Part shown: piece after piece, positions 62,056 through 64,000 of the stretch
How positions within the stretch are numbered: position 1 is the stretch's first letter
How the letters are laid out: every line of letters begins with the position of its first letter
NCBI GenBank assembly: GCA_963769935.1
Contig: CAVYNY010000016.1
Span: 288,001 to 352,000 of the forward strand
Source: an uncultured delta proteobacterium
GTDB lineage: Bacteria; Desulfobacterota; Desulfobacteria; Desulfobacterales; JAFDCJ01
Direction of reading: 5' to 3'
Length of the DNA stretch: 64,000 nt
Program-made: the position numbers and the translations under genes
The notes under the pieces: generated by a model
What the model was told of the DNA's origin: nothing
Databases searched by the model: none
The model's input: the letters and a program-made list of their open reading frames with translations, nothing else

Positions 62056-62478
62056 TCATGGTTCGCGATCTTCTTCATACCAGTCTATCTCTTCCCATTC
62101 TTCCCAAGTCACGCCGAATGGAGCTCCTCCCGGTGTGTATCCGGCAATGTAGGCAAAATTCTCGTCGGAGTCCGGTTCAATTCCATGATAGGCATCGAAC
62201 TCAAGGCGGCTGATTGGCATATGTATTTTCTCATCCTGGAGCTCTCGTGATATGGTCTCACGCAGCCGTGCAAGATAGACGGCATCAAATTTCACGCCAA
62301 GTGCGGTAAGGTCAAAAATGGCACACTCCCAGTCGATCCCGAAATATTTTCGGTATTTCTTCAGCATGTTCGATGGCTTGCCCCTATGTACCACAGCCCA
62401 GTCGGGTCCTTTGGCTAAACGGCGCTCTCGTCCTTTGAGCTTCTGCTTTGGCTTTTTCCTGGATTTTGGTTTAGTCAT
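62056..62478 (-). CDS. Hypothetical protein, cassette-like
   Basis: YRKYFGID..L..LG and FAYIAGYTPGGAPFGVTWEE; starts 14 nt after an attC-like core. Confidence 0.75.
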   Translation of the reverse strand: MTKPKSRKKPKQKLKGRERRLAKGPDWAVVHRGKPSNMLKKYRKYFGIDWECAIFDLTALGVKFDAVYLARLRETISRELQDEKIHMPISRLEFDAYHGIEPDSDENFAYIAGYTPGGAPFGVTWEEWEEIDWYEEDREP

Positions 62479-62492
62479 TTTGCTCTATAGGG

Positions 62493-62619
62493 TGCGAACC
62501 GACCGCTTCAGTGGCTGTAAAAAAAACTCTGGAGCGAATAGATGATTTTAAACACCTAAAAGCTCCTGATAATAAAGGCCGTCCGCCTTTGCAGCCCCTC
62601 TGCAAATGGAATGTCAGGC
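62493..62619 (-). other. attC-like site
   Basis: Minus strand GCCTGAC..CAGAGGGGCTGCAAA..TTTACAGCCACTGAAG..GTTCGCA between two co-oriented ORFs. Confidence 0.55.
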
Positions 62620-62635
62620 GGCATGCACTAAGGCA

Positions 62636-63112
62636 TTATTCCTCAAATGTTACATAAAATTCACAAACGTCATGGCCATTGCCTATGGATTTAACAAGTT
62701 CCACGCTGACTGGCCCTCGACAGACTAAAGAAAAAAGGCTCTCCATCATGCCTTGCGAACATAAACAATGGACCGGATTAGGCTTGGCAAGACCAGCTTT
62801 GACAAGGGTGCAGTTACATTCTTCGAGAATCAGATGAGCCGTATTGCCTTGTTTTTCCCAAAGATTGCTGAGATTATGGTTTTGTGATCGCCGCTTGTTC
62901 ATAGCCTCGAGAAGCTCGTCAACAGATTCTGGAATTTTTCCAAGAACTTGCCTGCAGTCATCAAAGAGTTGAACTGAACATTTTTCTCCAGCCGCTTTCA
63001 TCACTGCTTTAGTCAGATCCTGATTGCCATGTCCGGCAAGACAAGTCTCCAAAGCTTCAATCCAGTTCAGGTTCAGCTCAACAGCTTTTTGTGGAATTCC
63101 ATCTTTGACCAT
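62636..63112 (-). CDS. Cys-containing hypothetical protein (V4R-like C-terminus)
   Basis: GEKC, ECNC, HCLCSQG, SIGNGHDVCEF; AAGGAG RBS. Confidence 0.75.
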   Translation of the reverse strand: MVKDGIPQKAVELNLNWIEALETCLAGHGNQDLTKAVMKAAGEKCSVQLFDDCRQVLGKIPESVDELLEAMNKRRSQNHNLSNLWEKQGNTAHLILEECNCTLVKAGLAKPNPVHCLCSQGMMESLFSLVCRGPVSVELVKSIGNGHDVCEFYVTFEE

Positions 63113-63251
63113 CGTTGTTTCTCCTTGAAAGAAACCCTAACTTGTGGCCTAAGTACACCCATTTATAATTACGATGACGTATTCACAGTAAAATTCTTCC
63201 ACCACTGAGTCAAGATTCAATTCGTTCATCTTCATGCCTATTCGAATGCTT

Positions 63252-64000
63252 TTAGTATGGGCCACGGATTTGGCTGTGAATGCTGTTCAGGTACATATCG
63301 GAAAGCACCTGGTGAAGCGCTGCCGGAAGCGGGGGGATCTCCGAAACCGCGGCATTTGTTCTTGCCTGTTCCGGGGAACTGGCGCCCGGAATAATCACCG
63401 AGACGGCATCGTGGTCGAGGATCCAGCGCAGCGCCAATTGGATCATGGACATGCCCTCCGGAAGCACCGCTTTGATCCTGTCGGCCAGCTCGACACCCGT
63501 TTCGAAAGGCAGGCCGGCAAAGGTTTCGCCGACGTTAAAGAACCGGCCATCCCGATTGTAATTCCGGTGGTCCGTTTTCGCAAACGTCGTGTTTTTAGTG
63601 AATTTTCCACTTAGCAGGCCACTGGCAAGGGGCAGACGCACGATGATGCCGACGCCTCTGGATTTTGCCTGGGGAAGCAGCTCCGAAGCGAGTTTCTGGC
63701 GGAAAATATTGAAAATGACCTGCAGGGAAAGCAGTTCATCCTGCTCCAGGCAGAGCAATCCTTCCGCTACGGTTTCCACACTGGCGCCGAATTCCCTGAT
63801 CAGACCTTCCTGCTTGAGCTTGCGCAGCCAATCAAAGATTTCCCCCTGCCGGAGAACCTCCGGCGGAACGCAGTGCAGCTGCAGAAGATCAAGACTGTTC
63901 GCGCCAAGTCTTTTGAGTGACCCCTCCACCGAGCGGCGCAGGATGTCTTCCGAATAGTTGTCCGGATAGACATCATCCCCGCGGCCGAACTTGGTTGCCA
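63252..64000 (-). CDS. Aldo/keto reductase, 5' end outside window
   Basis: SLKRLG..LDLLQLH, RLPLASGLLSGK, ALRWIL..VIIPGAS. Confidence 0.92.
   Translation of the reverse strand, partial: ATKFGRGDDVYPDNYSEDILRRSVEGSLKRLGANSLDLLQLHCVPPEVLRQGEIFDWLRKLKQEGLIREFGASVETVAEGLLCLEQDELLSLQVIFNIFRQKLASELLPQAKSRGVGIIVRLPLASGLLSGKFTKNTTFAKTDHRNYNRDGRFFNVGETFAGLPFETGVELADRIKAVLPEGMSMIQLALRWILDHDAVSVIIPGASSPEQARTNAAVSEIPPLPAALHQVLSDMYLNSIHSQIRGPY

Overview
Bacterial window, probably from a sulfate-reducer-type Desulfobacterota/Desulfobacterales genome (inferred from gene content and intergenic repeat style). The left third holds a sigma54 activator and a divergent sigma54 operon: tusA-tusA, mvhD-like, two hdrA, wHTH, qmoC-like and dsrE. 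It also holds a patch of gene fragments, kbl (frameshifted)-tdh, a cysteine desulfurase-like gene and hydA-preT-preA. The rest is a decaying accessory region. It contains minus-strand cassette-like genes with about nine degenerate attC-like hairpins, a broken integron integrase with attI and its first cassette, and three copies of a ~155 bp MITE, two of them inside attC-like sites. It also carries an MCP with a CZB-like domain, a CHASE3 hybrid kinase-cheR-cheB cluster and vapBC. The most striking item is ORF 42631..45441: a membrane protein with a possible TIR/NDT-like domain, a HEAT repeat and a full-length EF-Tu homologue whose GTPase motifs are all lost. All calls come from reading motifs by eye; no database searches were run.
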